Source: Phycisphaerales bacterium (GTDB lineage Bacteria > Planctomycetota > Phycisphaerae > WQYP01). From it: DNA of 64,000 nt. This document shows positions 39,405-50,152 of this stretch, piece by piece (position 1 is the first letter of the stretch; every line of letters starts with the position of its first letter). A program made the translations under genes and the position numbers. Below the pieces are notes generated by a model. That model was given only the letters and a program-made list of their open reading frames with translations. It was not told where the DNA came from and did not search any database. The stretch spans positions 70,979 to 134,978 of the forward strand of contig DAIDJN010000063.1 of assembly GCA_027451365.1 (NCBI GenBank), in the 5' to 3' direction.

Positions 39405-40958
39405 GTGATGAGGAATATCCCGCAGAGAAAGTCCCGCAGCGCGGGCCGGGCGATCGCGACCGTCGCCGCGATTAGCGCGGGCTTGTGCCTGACCGGCATC
39501 GGTCATGCGGACGCCACCAGCCAGAAAGCGGCGGTCAGCAACGCGCAGCTGCAGGCGGAAATTGAAGTGCTGAAATCTCAGCTTTCGCAGGTGCAGTCGC
39601 ACCAGAACAGCGCCTGGATGAGCAAGGCCCAGACCGATCAGGTGCGGGCGATTGTGAAGGATGTTCTGGCACAATCCAAACATGATTCACAGTACATGGA
39701 TTCACAACTGCAGGCCGGCTATGACAATGGGTTTTATATCCGGTCGGCGAACAAGGCATTCACGTTTAAGCTCAATGGCTATTTTCAGTACCGGTACGAT
39801 TACGGTTCTTATCAGCCGGTGAACAGCCAGGGCTATGGCCACACACCAGGTACCGACAAACTGGACCCCGGCTCCGTTGCCGGCGGTTCGGCCAACGGGT
39901 TCGGCTTCCGATATGCCCGTTTGATCTTTTCCGGAAATATTTTCGGCCCGCGCCTCACCTATTTCATCCAGAGCGATTTCGCTGGCGGCAATGGAACGAG
40001 CAACAGTAATTTCTTCGCGGAAAAGGACCTGTGGATCGCTTACCGGTTTGCCAACTGGCTGCAGGTCAAGGCGGGTTCCATGCTGGTGCCATTCACCCAT
40101 GTGGAATATGTGTCCTCCGGTCTGGAAATGGTGGATTTCAATTCCGTCGAATGGCCATTTGACCCTGTCCGTGCAATGGGTGTAAGCGTCTTCGGGGATA
40201 TTATTCCTGATAAATTTGACTATGAAGTGAACGTTAACAACGGCGCAAACACCAATGGAAACGGCATTGCGTCCAACAATGTCTCGCTGGACAATCGCCT
40301 TGGATTCGCAACACGCTGGCAGATCGGTTCGCGGATTTCCGATTTTGTCATGGAACCGGATCTGCGTTGGTCCAAACACTTCCAGTGGATGCTGGGTGCC
40401 GCTGTGAACGTTGACAGCCAGACCCGCAGCCCCGCCGCCTTCCCGGCACCAGAGGCCACGGATACGGTCTTGGGTCTTTCTTCAAACCAGACCACCGGCT
40501 TTATTCCCAGCTACGCCTTTACCGGGAATATTTACCGCGCCACAGTGGACTATCAGATGCACTACCGCGGCTTTGCATTCAGCCCGGTTGCGTTCTATCA
40601 GGACATTAATGAAAGTCCAGGCGCTGGTGCCAGCCCCGGCAATACGCCGCAGACGCTTACCAGCTACTACGGCGGCAGCAGTGTACAGCAGTTTGCCTAT
40701 TACCTGCAGGCGGGTTATTTCATAGTGCCACACAAATGGGAAGTGGCGGCCAGCTATGGTCAAATGTACACGCTTGGCCAGCACAACCATATGGACGCCT
40801 ATGAAGCCGGCGTCAACTACTACATCATTGGGGACAATGTGAAACTGCAGCTTGATGAAATTTATATTCCACAGGCCGCATTCACCAATCAGTTCTCCGA
40901 AACATTCGCAAATGCGGCAAACTACATTACCGAGCTGCAGTTGCAGTGTAAGTTCTAA
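39405..40958 (+). CDS. outer-membrane porin, OprO/OprP-like
   Basis: Signal peptide, coiled coil, AGYDNGFYI..FTFKLNGYFQYRY, GFRYARLIFSG, GVNYYI, terminal Phe; AAGGAG RBS. Confidence 0.8.
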   Translation: MMRNIPQRKSRSAGRAIATVAAISAGLCLTGIGHADATSQKAAVSNAQLQAEIEVLKSQLSQVQSHQNSAWMSKAQTDQVRAIVKDVLAQSKHDSQYMDSQLQAGYDNGFYIRSANKAFTFKLNGYFQYRYDYGSYQPVNSQGYGHTPGTDKLDPGSVAGGSANGFGFRYARLIFSGNIFGPRLTYFIQSDFAGGNGTSNSNFFAEKDLWIAYRFANWLQVKAGSMLVPFTHVEYVSSGLEMVDFNSVEWPFDPVRAMGVSVFGDIIPDKFDYEVNVNNGANTNGNGIASNNVSLDNRLGFATRWQIGSRISDFVMEPDLRWSKHFQWMLGAAVNVDSQTRSPAAFPAPEATDTVLGLSSNQTTGFIPSYAFTGNIYRATVDYQMHYRGFAFSPVAFYQDINESPGAGASPGNTPQTLTSYYGGSSVQQFAYYLQAGYFIVPHKWEVAASYGQMYTLGQHNHMDAYEAGVNYYIIGDNVKLQLDEIYIPQAAFTNQFSETFANAANYITELQLQCKF

Positions 40959-41005
40959 GAACGGCTGAACTTTATACCCCAGTTTTTTGTCAGATAAGAC
41001 GCACC

Positions 41006-41042
41006 GGGGGCGGATAAATTTTTATCCGCCCCCTTTTTTTTT
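41006..41042 (+). terminator. intrinsic terminator
   Basis: GGGGGCGGATAAA/TTTATCCGCCCCC hairpin plus T9. Confidence 0.9.
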
Positions 41043-41503
41043 ATTGGCTGCGCGCGACGACTAATTGGCGAATCAAACGAAGGTCCTGAAAAAGTGGCAT
41101 ATTCAAATGGTCTGGAACCATTAACCTGTTCATTCGTAAACATGAAACTATAAAATTACAGCAATACGTTCGCCGAATGCAACTTTCGGCGTAGGGTATC
41201 GTTTTTGCATTGGTTATCACGACGGCGATGGCCGTCGACTTTTGCCCTATTTTTAGGCAATTGCGGTATATTAGACGTTTTGTGTTGAGAATGGATGACA
41301 CCTAACTGACTAAACATGTGGCAATCAAAATATGGCGAACGGTGAACTTGGCACTTAGCAGGGGCGTAGTTGTGTCCGGTATACGGTAGGTTGCAAGGAT
41401 ATGACAAGCTGAATCGGAAAGGGCAAGCTGACATAAGAAAAATACATGGCGTTTGGTTGGGGCCGCGCTTTTTTTGAATATTCAGGGAAGGTTTGGAGTA
41501 TTT

Positions 41504-42880
41504 GTGAACGGTTTTATTGATAAGCGCTCACTTAAAGTGATCTTTATCGGCACTTTGGGTGTAATCGTCGTAATAGGTGCCATTAAACTGCTGCATATGC
41601 GGAAAAAAACGCTGCTTAGCGCGAAATCCGTCGCCGGGATCAGCGATCCGAGCAGGGTTCCGCGCGTGCTGGTGGAGGTCGTAAAATCCGGTCCCATTGC
41701 CCGCGTGCTGGACCTGCCTGGCTCGCTGCGGTCCTTTTATAAAACAAATATGTACGCCAAAGCATCGGGCTATATCAAAGATGTCCGGGTGGATATTGGC
41801 GACAGGGTAAAAGCCGGCGAATTATTGGCGGTCATTGAAGAGCCGGAACTTCAGAAACAACTTGCTCAATCGCAGGCTTCTCTGGCCGCTGCGGATGCGG
41901 GTATTACTCAGGCCCAGGCGCAACTGGAGCAATATAAACGAGGTTTGGGCGTAGCCCAGGGCAATTTAACGAGCGCTCAGGCATCGTTAACGTTGCAGCA
42001 GGCCATTTTTGCGAGTTCCAAACAATTGTTTCAGGGGCAGGCCATCAGCCAGCAGGCCTTTGACCAAGTCACCAGCCAATTGACCGGCGCTCAAGCCGGG
42101 GTGGATGTGGCCCGCGCAAAAGTGGCGGCGGCCGAAGCTCTGATTCAGAGCGGTCAGTCAGCGCTGGTGCTGTCCAAGGCCAATGTGCAGGTAGCGCAGG
42201 CTCGAATGCAGAAAATTCAAACATTGCTGGCTTATGACAAAATCACCGCGCCATTTGACGGCGTGATCACCATGCGCGGCATTGATCCGGGTGATTTTGT
42301 GCAGTCTGCATCCCAAGGCAAATCGCTTAAGCCGCTGTTTGAAATAGTACAACAGAAGAAGGTGCGCGTCTTTGTGGATGTACCGGAACAGGAAGTCCGA
42401 TTTGTGCGGGTCGGCACGCCCGTGCAAGTCACGCCATTCGGGTATGACAACGTGCATTTGACCGGCAAGATTACACGCACCGCCGACGCACTGGACGTGG
42501 CCACGCGCACGCTGCGTTGTGAGATTGATCTGGAGAATGCAACCGGGATTCTGCGCGGCGGAATGTACGCGGATGTAAAAATATTTGAAAATCGCGCCAA
42601 TGGCGTGCTGGTTCCCCAGACTTCCATCATTACGTCCGGCAATGACTCCTTTGTCATGCTGGTGCGGAACGGCCGGGCTATGGAAATACCTGTCAAAACC
42701 GGGCTGTCGACGAGCCTGATGGTTCAGATCACGTCCGGCTTGAAGGTCGGTCAACGCATCATTGTACGCGGACAGAATTTTGTCCAGCCGGGTGGACGGA
42801 TCATTCCCATACAATCCAAGGGAATTCCTGTAACGGCAAGTGTAAATCCAGTGCCGGCGGTCGCCGGATTTGCCAATTAA
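41504..42880 (+). CDS. RND efflux periplasmic adaptor (MFP)
   Basis: SGYIKDVRVDIGDRVKAG, ITAPFDGVI, TRTLRCEIDL; GGAG before GTG 41504. Confidence 0.92.
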   Translation: MNGFIDKRSLKVIFIGTLGVIVVIGAIKLLHMRKKTLLSAKSVAGISDPSRVPRVLVEVVKSGPIARVLDLPGSLRSFYKTNMYAKASGYIKDVRVDIGDRVKAGELLAVIEEPELQKQLAQSQASLAAADAGITQAQAQLEQYKRGLGVAQGNLTSAQASLTLQQAIFASSKQLFQGQAISQQAFDQVTSQLTGAQAGVDVARAKVAAAEALIQSGQSALVLSKANVQVAQARMQKIQTLLAYDKITAPFDGVITMRGIDPGDFVQSASQGKSLKPLFEIVQQKKVRVFVDVPEQEVRFVRVGTPVQVTPFGYDNVHLTGKITRTADALDVATRTLRCEIDLENATGILRGGMYADVKIFENRANGVLVPQTSIITSGNDSFVMLVRNGRAMEIPVKTGLSTSLMVQITSGLKVGQRIIVRGQNFVQPGGRIIPIQSKGIPVTASVNPVPAVAGFAN

Positions 42881-42901
42881 ATATTTTGAAATCGAGAGGT
42901 T

Positions 42902-44431
42902 ATGACGAAACTTCCTGTCGGACTGCTGATTTGTGTATGCAGTTGTTTTTTATCGGCGTGTTCACAGGAATTTCAGGTAGCCAGCAATCACGCCAGCGTA
43001 TCTCTGATGCCGGCATCAAGCGGCAAACCGCCTACCTTTCATATCGATCGCGCACGAGTTCCGGCAATGTACAGCGAACTGCTGTCCATTAATCTGGCCG
43101 CGGTCGTCAAGGTGGCGCAGGCCGACAATCTGGATATAAAGATAGCGCGGCAGCAGGTTGAGGAATCCCGTGGACGGCTGGCTTCCAGCGTGGGGGCGGC
43201 CTTTCCCGTACTGGCACCGACCGCGATTTTTAACTATAACAACGGCGTAGCGCGCAGCACTGCGGGGAATATCGTCACAGCGGATTTCAGTTCCATTTCG
43301 CCAGCGGCGGCAATTCAATGGGTGGTGAATCCAGGTCAGGTGATTTACAACATTGTGGCCGCAAAAAAAAGGCTTAACGCATCGCGCGCCGGGCAAGCGT
43401 CGATCATTGAAGAGACGCTTAAAAACAGCGCCATTCAGTATTACCAACTCGTACAGGCGCAGGCGGACGTCGTGGCGGCGCGGGATGCCGAGGCGGACGC
43501 CGAAGAACTGTTGCGGTTCGCCAAATTGCGGCTTAAAGCGGGAACGGCGATTCCCGCGGACGTGGCCAGCGCTGAAGCCGAAGTGGCCAGTCGGCGGCAG
43601 GGCGTACTGCTGGCCCTTAACCGTTTTTATCACGACTCCGCGGATCTGGCCACGACGCTTAATCTTGACCCGACCGTGACGCTTGTGCCAAGCGTCAATT
43701 CACTGAAAGCGAATCGTCTGGTACGGAAGTCCATTTCCATCGGTCAGCTCATTAAGCTCGCTGTCGAGTACAGGCCGGATCTCCAACAGGTGCGCGAACT
43801 GGTGCGCGCCGCACAGGCGGAAGGTGGCGCCGTGGCATGGGGAGACCTTGGGCCTACGCTGACGGCGGGCTATCGCGCCGGCGAAATAGAGGGGCGATAC
43901 TACAATGTCACCGGCAAAGGACCGCCAGCAAGCCAGAATTACAGCCTGCACGGCTATCAGAATTTTCAGGCTGGCGGAGGCTGGCAACTGGGACTTAGTA
44001 CATTTGGCGACATTCAAACCGCCAAAGCTCGCGAACGCATCGCCGCCATTCGCGCCAATAAGCGCCTGGCTCTGGTGGAAGCGGCCGTGGTCAAGGCATT
44101 GCAGGACAGCCGCACCAACGCCCAATTAATTCCGATTTCCGCAGACCAGGTGAGATCCGCGCAATATGCACTTAATATCATTAAGGTCAATTACAAAGCC
44201 GGCACGGTGACCTCTCTGGAAGTACTTGTGGCCGAAAGTCAATTGGCCCAGGCGCAGCGCGATTATGCGGCCGCAATTGCCCATTTCAACCAGTCGCAGA
44301 TTGCGATCGTCGGCGCGGTGGGACTGGTGAGCAACAGGGCGATACTCGGATCCGCCCTGCTGCCGGTAATGACTCCATCGCACGGCGCAACGGGAACGGC
44401 ACCGGCACCGCAAAAGCATGGTGACTATTAA
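42902..44431 (+). CDS. TolC-family outer-membrane efflux protein
   Basis: Lipoprotein-like FLSAC, two OEP repeats (YRPDL, YKAGTVTSLEVL). Confidence 0.88.
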   Translation: MTKLPVGLLICVCSCFLSACSQEFQVASNHASVSLMPASSGKPPTFHIDRARVPAMYSELLSINLAAVVKVAQADNLDIKIARQQVEESRGRLASSVGAAFPVLAPTAIFNYNNGVARSTAGNIVTADFSSISPAAAIQWVVNPGQVIYNIVAAKKRLNASRAGQASIIEETLKNSAIQYYQLVQAQADVVAARDAEADAEELLRFAKLRLKAGTAIPADVASAEAEVASRRQGVLLALNRFYHDSADLATTLNLDPTVTLVPSVNSLKANRLVRKSISIGQLIKLAVEYRPDLQQVRELVRAAQAEGGAVAWGDLGPTLTAGYRAGEIEGRYYNVTGKGPPASQNYSLHGYQNFQAGGGWQLGLSTFGDIQTAKARERIAAIRANKRLALVEAAVVKALQDSRTNAQLIPISADQVRSAQYALNIIKVNYKAGTVTSLEVLVAESQLAQAQRDYAAAIAHFNQSQIAIVGAVGLVSNRAILGSALLPVMTPSHGATGTAPAPQKHGDY

Positions 44432-44502
44432 TAATAAGCACCTCCATAGGGCGATCTGCAAAGATAATGGCGCGTTACGTACAATGTTAGGGTATTAAAA
44501 GC

Positions 44503-47500
44503 ATGTTTAATCTGGTTCGTCTGGCACTTCGGCGTCCTGTTACCGTCCTCGTGTTGATTACGAGCGTGGTGCTGATCAGTATCCTGGCCATAAAAGAAAT
44601 GCCGCGGGACGTGTTTCCCGACCTGGGCGTGCCAATCATTTATGTTGCCCAGCCCTTTGGCGGCATGAGTCCGGCCCAGATGGAAGGCTATATAGCCCGC
44701 TATTATGAAGCCAATTTTCTTTACGTGTCGGGCATTCAAAGCATCGAAACCAAATCGATTCAAGGCCTCACCCTGGTCCGGCTGCAATTTCATCCCGGCA
44801 CCAACATGGCCCAGGCGCTGGCCCAGACAATTTCCTACGCCAATCGCGCCAAAGCCTATATGCCACCCGGAACGGTGCCCCCATTTATCATGCGTTTCAG
44901 CACGGGAAGTCTGCCGGTCGGCGATCTGGTTTTCAGCAGCAAGACGCGCAGCCTGGCCCAATTGCAGGATCTGGTGCAGTTCCGTGTACGCCCGCTGTTT
45001 GCCACTTTACCGGGGGTCTCGGCACCGGACCCGTTTGGTGCCAGCAAACGTTCGATTGTCATTAATCTCAAACCTGAACGACTGCGCGCCTACGCCCTGA
45101 CGCCGGATCAGATTGTCGCGGCCGTCAAAGCCGCCAATGTCATTGTGCCATCAGGCAATGTGCAGATCGGGCACGAAACGCCGCTGGTGAAGGCCAACGC
45201 CGTGGTCGGCCAGATACAGAACATGCTGGATATACCGCTGAAATTCGGCACGACACGCACCGTTTATCTTCGCGATGTCGCGAGTGTGGAGGATGCATCC
45301 GATATTACCGTCGGTTACGCACTGGTGAATGACCGCAAGACCATTTACATGCCGGTGACGAAACTGTCCGGCGCATCGACTCTGGCGGTGGTCAATACGG
45401 TGAAGCACAATTTGCCGAAATTTCAGGCCATGATGCCCAAGGATGTGAAGATCCGCTTTCAATTCGATCAATCTCCATATGTGACCCGCTCCATCGCCAA
45501 TCTGTTAAGTGAGGCAGCGCTGGGCGCCGTACTGACCGGCCTGATGGTGCTGCTGTTTCTGGGCGATTGGCGCAGCACGGTCATTGTGCTGATCACCATA
45601 CCCATTTCATTGCTCTGCGCGGTGGTGGCGCTCTGGATCATGGGGCAGACCGTGAATCTGATGACGCTGGGCGGCCTGGCGCTGGCGGTGGGAATTCTGG
45701 TGGACACGGCAACCGTCACGATTGAAAACATGCACACCCATCTGGAGCGGGGCAAGAGCGTGGCGCGCGCCGCATTGGATTCCACCATAGAAACCGACGG
45801 ACCGCGGCTGCTGGCGGTGCTTTGCATTGTCGCCGTGTTTATTCCGGCCTTTTTCATGCAGGGCGCGCCGCGGGCGCTGTTTATTCCATTGTCGTTGTCC
45901 GTGGCGTTTGCCATGGCCGCCTCGTATCTGCTTTCCAGCACGCTGGTACCGATGCTGTCGGTCTGGATGCTCGGCGAACAGAAAACGCACGCCCCTAGGG
46001 AACGCAAATATTCCTTCGCCTCCTTTCAGCGGCTATACAAACGTTTTGTCATGGTTCTGACTTCCGGACGGGTCATCCTTCTGATTGTTTATTTCCTGGT
46101 TTGCGGCGCGGTGATCGCACTGGCGACGCCGCATATCGGCACTCAGATTTTCCCCACCGTTTATAACGGTCAGTTTGAGGTGCGATTACGCGCCCCCACG
46201 GGCACGGACATCGACACCACCCTGAAAATCACGCGCAACGTGCTGGCGGAAATCAGGCGGGAAGTCGGCCCGAAGAATCTCGAATTGACCCTTTCCTACA
46301 TTGGTCTGCAGCCTTCGGACAACCCCATCGGCCCGATCTATCTGTGGACCGCAGGCCCGGAAGACGCAGTCATTGATGTCCAGTTGCATGACAAAGCTCC
46401 CGTGGACGTTCAAAAAGTGGAAAACAGCCTGCGGTTAAAACTGGCCTCTCTGGAACCCGGCGTTCGATTCAGCTTTGACCCGAGCGATATTATCAACCGG
46501 GTCATGAGCTTTGGCGCGCAGAACCCCGTGGAAGTGGATGTAAGCGGACCGCATCTGAAAGCGGACCTGGCATTTGCCCGGAAAATCAAGGCGAAGCTGC
46601 TGGATATTCACGCGCTCAAGGATGTGGAAATAGCTCAGTCCGTCAATTATCCGACTTTGAATCTGGATATCGACCGGGCGCGCGCCGGCCTGTTCGGATT
46701 AACGGCTCGCAGCATCATGGATTCTGTTCTGGAGGCCACGGCTTCAAGCCGCTATGTCACACCGATTTTCTGGGCGGACCCTCTGACCGGAATTTCCTAT
46801 CGCATGCAGGTACAGGTGCCGCAGAGCAAAATGAAATCGCTGCAGGCCGTCGAGAATATTCTGGTCGGTGCCCTGCATGGCCAGGCGGTCCTGCTGCGGA
46901 ATATGGCCGCGGTGAAACGTGGCGTATCGGTCGAAGAGTATGACCGGGTGAACATGCAGCGGGAAATCTCAATTGCGGCCAATGTCAATTCGGATAATCT
47001 CGGCGGTGTGGCAAAGCGCATTCGCGACACCATCAAATCGGCAGGCCAACCGCCACGTGCGGCGATTGTGCGTGTGACCGGACAAATCCCGATCATGGAG
47101 GAAATCCTGACGGGCTTGGGAATCGGCCTGATCGCCGCGATTGTGGTTATTTTTCTGCTGCTGGCCGCCACGTTCCAGAGCTTTAAGCTTGCAATCGCCA
47201 TTATTCTGACGATGCCCGCCGTTATCGCCGGCGTGGTGTTGTCCCTGTATCTGACGGGGACGACCCTGAATATCCAATCGTTTATGGGATCCATCATGGC
47301 GGTGGGAATCGCTGTTGCCAATTCCATTCTGCTGGTCACGTTCGCCGAACAATTCAGACGCGGCGGAATGAACAGCATCGCCGCGGCCGTCGAAGGCGCT
47401 GGCAGCCGGTTACGCCCCATTCTCATGACCAGTATTGCCATGATTGCGGGCATGGTGCCGATGGCCCTGGGGCTTGGCGAAAGCGGCCAGCAGTCGGCAC

Positions 47501-47673
47501 CTATCGGCCGGGCGGTTATAGGCGGGCTGGTTTTCGCCACATTCACAACCCTGCTGATTCTGCCATCACTTTATGCCGTTATGCAACGCAACGCACCGAT
47601 GAAAACAGCCTCTTTGGATCCCGACGATCCCGGCGGGCTGTTCTACGAGAAAAGCGCTGGCCAAGCGGGATAA
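44503..47673 (+). CDS. RND efflux permease (AcrB/AcrD/AcrF family)
   Basis: 1056 aa; NLMTLGGLALAVGILVD, RLRPILMT, two-repeat TM layout. Confidence 0.95.
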   Translation: MFNLVRLALRRPVTVLVLITSVVLISILAIKEMPRDVFPDLGVPIIYVAQPFGGMSPAQMEGYIARYYEANFLYVSGIQSIETKSIQGLTLVRLQFHPGTNMAQALAQTISYANRAKAYMPPGTVPPFIMRFSTGSLPVGDLVFSSKTRSLAQLQDLVQFRVRPLFATLPGVSAPDPFGASKRSIVINLKPERLRAYALTPDQIVAAVKAANVIVPSGNVQIGHETPLVKANAVVGQIQNMLDIPLKFGTTRTVYLRDVASVEDASDITVGYALVNDRKTIYMPVTKLSGASTLAVVNTVKHNLPKFQAMMPKDVKIRFQFDQSPYVTRSIANLLSEAALGAVLTGLMVLLFLGDWRSTVIVLITIPISLLCAVVALWIMGQTVNLMTLGGLALAVGILVDTATVTIENMHTHLERGKSVARAALDSTIETDGPRLLAVLCIVAVFIPAFFMQGAPRALFIPLSLSVAFAMAASYLLSSTLVPMLSVWMLGEQKTHAPRERKYSFASFQRLYKRFVMVLTSGRVILLIVYFLVCGAVIALATPHIGTQIFPTVYNGQFEVRLRAPTGTDIDTTLKITRNVLAEIRREVGPKNLELTLSYIGLQPSDNPIGPIYLWTAGPEDAVIDVQLHDKAPVDVQKVENSLRLKLASLEPGVRFSFDPSDIINRVMSFGAQNPVEVDVSGPHLKADLAFARKIKAKLLDIHALKDVEIAQSVNYPTLNLDIDRARAGLFGLTARSIMDSVLEATASSRYVTPIFWADPLTGISYRMQVQVPQSKMKSLQAVENILVGALHGQAVLLRNMAAVKRGVSVEEYDRVNMQREISIAANVNSDNLGGVAKRIRDTIKSAGQPPRAAIVRVTGQIPIMEEILTGLGIGLIAAIVVIFLLLAATFQSFKLAIAIILTMPAVIAGVVLSLYLTGTTLNIQSFMGSIMAVGIAVANSILLVTFAEQFRRGGMNSIAAAVEGAGSRLRPILMTSIAMIAGMVPMALGLGESGQQSAPIGRAVIGGLVFATFTTLLILPSLYAVMQRNAPMKTASLDPDDPGGLFYEKSAGQAG

Positions 47674-48036
47674 TGCTGGAGTTTCAACTATTTGCGGGTG
47701 GCCGACGCCGAGCTTATTTTTGCCAGGCCCAATGACGGCCAGCAGGTCACGAATGACTGCTTGCGGGGCGACGGATGCAATTGTTTCCACTTGCCGGACC
47801 CGACGGCGGACTACAAGGCGGACGGAAAGCCCGCGGCAGGTGCATGGCGCGGGACAGCCGACACCCAATGACGTTCCTAACCGTCTCCTGCTGCGATCGA
47901 CACCCCCACCGAATCTGTCGCGCACCGGCGGTGCCGCCCGAAATCCCGGCAATATCCATGGATCGGGTGATTTACGTTATGATAGACACGCCCGGCGATG
48001 GAGAAATAGACGAGCAATTTTGGCCGGCGAAGGGGC

Positions 48037-48852
48037 ATGATGCACAATCACAATATTAAACTCATGATTTCCGATGTGGATGGCACACTGCTGACACCAC
48101 AAAAAATCCTGATGCCCAAAACTATTGCCGCGGTCAAACGGGTCAAGTCCGCGGGCGTCCGCTTTACCATTATCAGCGGACGGTCGCCCGATGGCCTGCC
48201 ATCATTGATTGCACAACTGGGCCTGACTGAACCGGTGGGCGCGTTTAACGGGGCACAAATTGTCTGGCCGAATTTAAGCACACTGGAATTTTGCACGCTG
48301 CCGGCAACGGCGGCAGAAAAGGCGATCGCAATATGTCGCGAATTTTCCGTTGATTTCTGGCTGTATGATTTTTCCCGCTGGCTGGTCAGCAAGGCCGATG
48401 GGGTGTATGTGGATCGGGAAAGCAACACGGTCGGCCATGCGCCGGCCGGGGTATGGGAATCCGGCCCGTTGCCCCCCGATCTGATCAAGCTTGTCGGGGT
48501 AAGTGACCAGCCCGCCGTTCTGGCCGCGTGCGAGGCGGCCATGCGGCAGCGGCTGGGAGGCGAATTAAGCGCCAGCCGGTCACAGGCGCATTACCTGGAT
48601 ATCACCCGCCTGGGAGCGGACAAGGGGCACGGGCTTAAACGATTGGCCGCGGTCATGGGAATACCGCTCAATCAGGTGGCGGCGATTGGGGATGGTTCCA
48701 ACGACCTGCCCATGCTGAATATGGCGGGGCTGGCCATGGCAATGGGCAACGGGGTGGATGAGCTTAAAACACTCGCCGTATTTGTAACGACCAGCAATGA
48801 CGAAAACGGATTTGCCCAGGCAGTCGATTGGTTGCTGACATCCACCGCCTGA
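48037..48852 (+). CDS. Cof-type HAD-IIB hydrolase
   Basis: SDVDGTLL, SGR, ADKG, IGDGSND, AMGNG. Confidence 0.92.
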   Translation: MMHNHNIKLMISDVDGTLLTPQKILMPKTIAAVKRVKSAGVRFTIISGRSPDGLPSLIAQLGLTEPVGAFNGAQIVWPNLSTLEFCTLPATAAEKAIAICREFSVDFWLYDFSRWLVSKADGVYVDRESNTVGHAPAGVWESGPLPPDLIKLVGVSDQPAVLAACEAAMRQRLGGELSASRSQAHYLDITRLGADKGHGLKRLAAVMGIPLNQVAAIGDGSNDLPMLNMAGLAMAMGNGVDELKTLAVFVTTSNDENGFAQAVDWLLTSTA

Positions 48853-48931
48853 TCGCCGTGACCCGAGTGGATGTCGCCAACAGCCCCTTTCCATGAGCAG
48901 GCATTCGGGCAGCGTCTAAATTTTCAGTCGC

Positions 48932-48959
48932 TTGACGTTAGCCAAAAGTTAGGTACCAT
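48932..48959 (+). promoter_or_regulatory. putative recA promoter
   Basis: TTGACG-N16-TACCAT upstream of ATG 49020. Confidence 0.5.
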
Positions 48960-49019
48960 AAAATAAACGCTTACGCGCCGCACCGCGTGCGAATTTCGGT
49001 GTTTTTTTGTGAGATTTTC

Positions 49020-50150
49020 ATGTCCGCACTTGCCACAGCCTCCAATCCGTCACATTCGGCCGCTTCAACCCCACGGGAACAGGCTCTGGAAAGGGCAGTC
49101 TCCCAAATTGAAAAAACGTATGGCAAAGGTTCCATCATGACGATGGACGGTGCGGGTCTGGTGGCGATTGATGGCATTCCAACCGGCTCACTGGGGCTGG
49201 ATATCGCGCTGGGCGGCGTGGGTCTGCCGCGGGGCCGCATTGTGGAGGTGTTTGGCCCGGAATCTTCAGGGAAAACGACGCTTTGTCTGCATATCATCGC
49301 GCAGGCACAAAAAACCGGCGGCGTGGCGGCTTTTGTGGATGCCGAACATGCGCTGGATCCATCCTGGGCCAAACGGCTGGGGGTAAGCCTGCAGAACCTT
49401 TTGGTCAGCCAGCCGGACACCGGCGAGCAGGCCCTGGAAATTGTGGAGTTGCTGGTGCGCAGCAATGCCGTGGATGTGATCGTGGTCGATTCAGTCGCGG
49501 CCCTGATTCCGAAAGCGGAAATTGAAGGTGAAATGGGCGATGCCTCCATGGGCATGCAGGCCCGTCTGATGAGCCAGGCCATGCGGAAACTGACCGGCGC
49601 GGTTTCCAAAAGCAAAACACTGATCGTTTTCATCAACCAGATCCGCGAAAAAATCGGCGTCATGTTCGGCAATCCGGAAACCACCACCGGCGGCCGCGCC
49701 CTTAAATTCTACAGTTCCGTGCGAATTGACATCCGCCGCGTCAACACCATCAAGGAAGGAGAGGTCGCGATTGGCAATCATGTACGCGCCAAAGTGGTGA
49801 AGAATAAGATCGCGCCGCCTTTCCGTGAGGCGGAATTTGATATTCTGTTTGACAGCGGCATCAGCTATGAAGGTGACCTTCTGGACCTGGCCGTAAATGA
49901 CAATGTCATTGATAAAAGCGGCGCATGGTTCAGCTATGGTCCATTGCGGATGGGTCAGGGGCGCGAACAGGCGCGGCAGTATCTGAAGGAAAATCCGGCC
50001 GCCGCCAAGGAAATTCGTGAAAAAATTCTGGCCAAGCGCATGCCGAAGGTGGAAGCGGCTCCGGAAAAATCCGCCGTGAAAGCAGAATCAAAAGTGGATG
50101 GCAAGCCTGAACTGAAGGATAACCGCCCCACAGCCAAAGCTGGAAAATAG
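49020..50150 (+). CDS. recA: recombinase RecA
   Basis: [46 protein letters not shown]. Confidence 0.98.
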   Translation: MSALATASNPSHSAASTPREQALERAVSQIEKTYGKGSIMTMDGAGLVAIDGIPTGSLGLDIALGGVGLPRGRIVEVFGPESSGKTTLCLHIIAQAQKTGGVAAFVDAEHALDPSWAKRLGVSLQNLLVSQPDTGEQALEIVELLVRSNAVDVIVVDSVAALIPKAEIEGEMGDASMGMQARLMSQAMRKLTGAVSKSKTLIVFINQIREKIGVMFGNPETTTGGRALKFYSSVRIDIRRVNTIKEGEVAIGNHVRAKVVKNKIAPPFREAEFDILFDSGISYEGDLLDLAVNDNVIDKSGAWFSYGPLRMGQGREQARQYLKENPAAAKEIREKILAKRMPKVEAAPEKSAVKAESKVDGKPELKDNRPTAKAGK

Positions 50151-50152
50151 TG

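Noticed and set aside
41347..41365. Sigma-54 promoter for the RND operon (TTGGCAC)
   Set aside because: No TTGC at the -12 position.
47775..48059. 94-aa ORF before the Cof hydrolase, faintly like a transaldolase/PGI fragment
   Set aside because: Resemblance limited to a few residues (DRVIYV); cannot be supported without a search.
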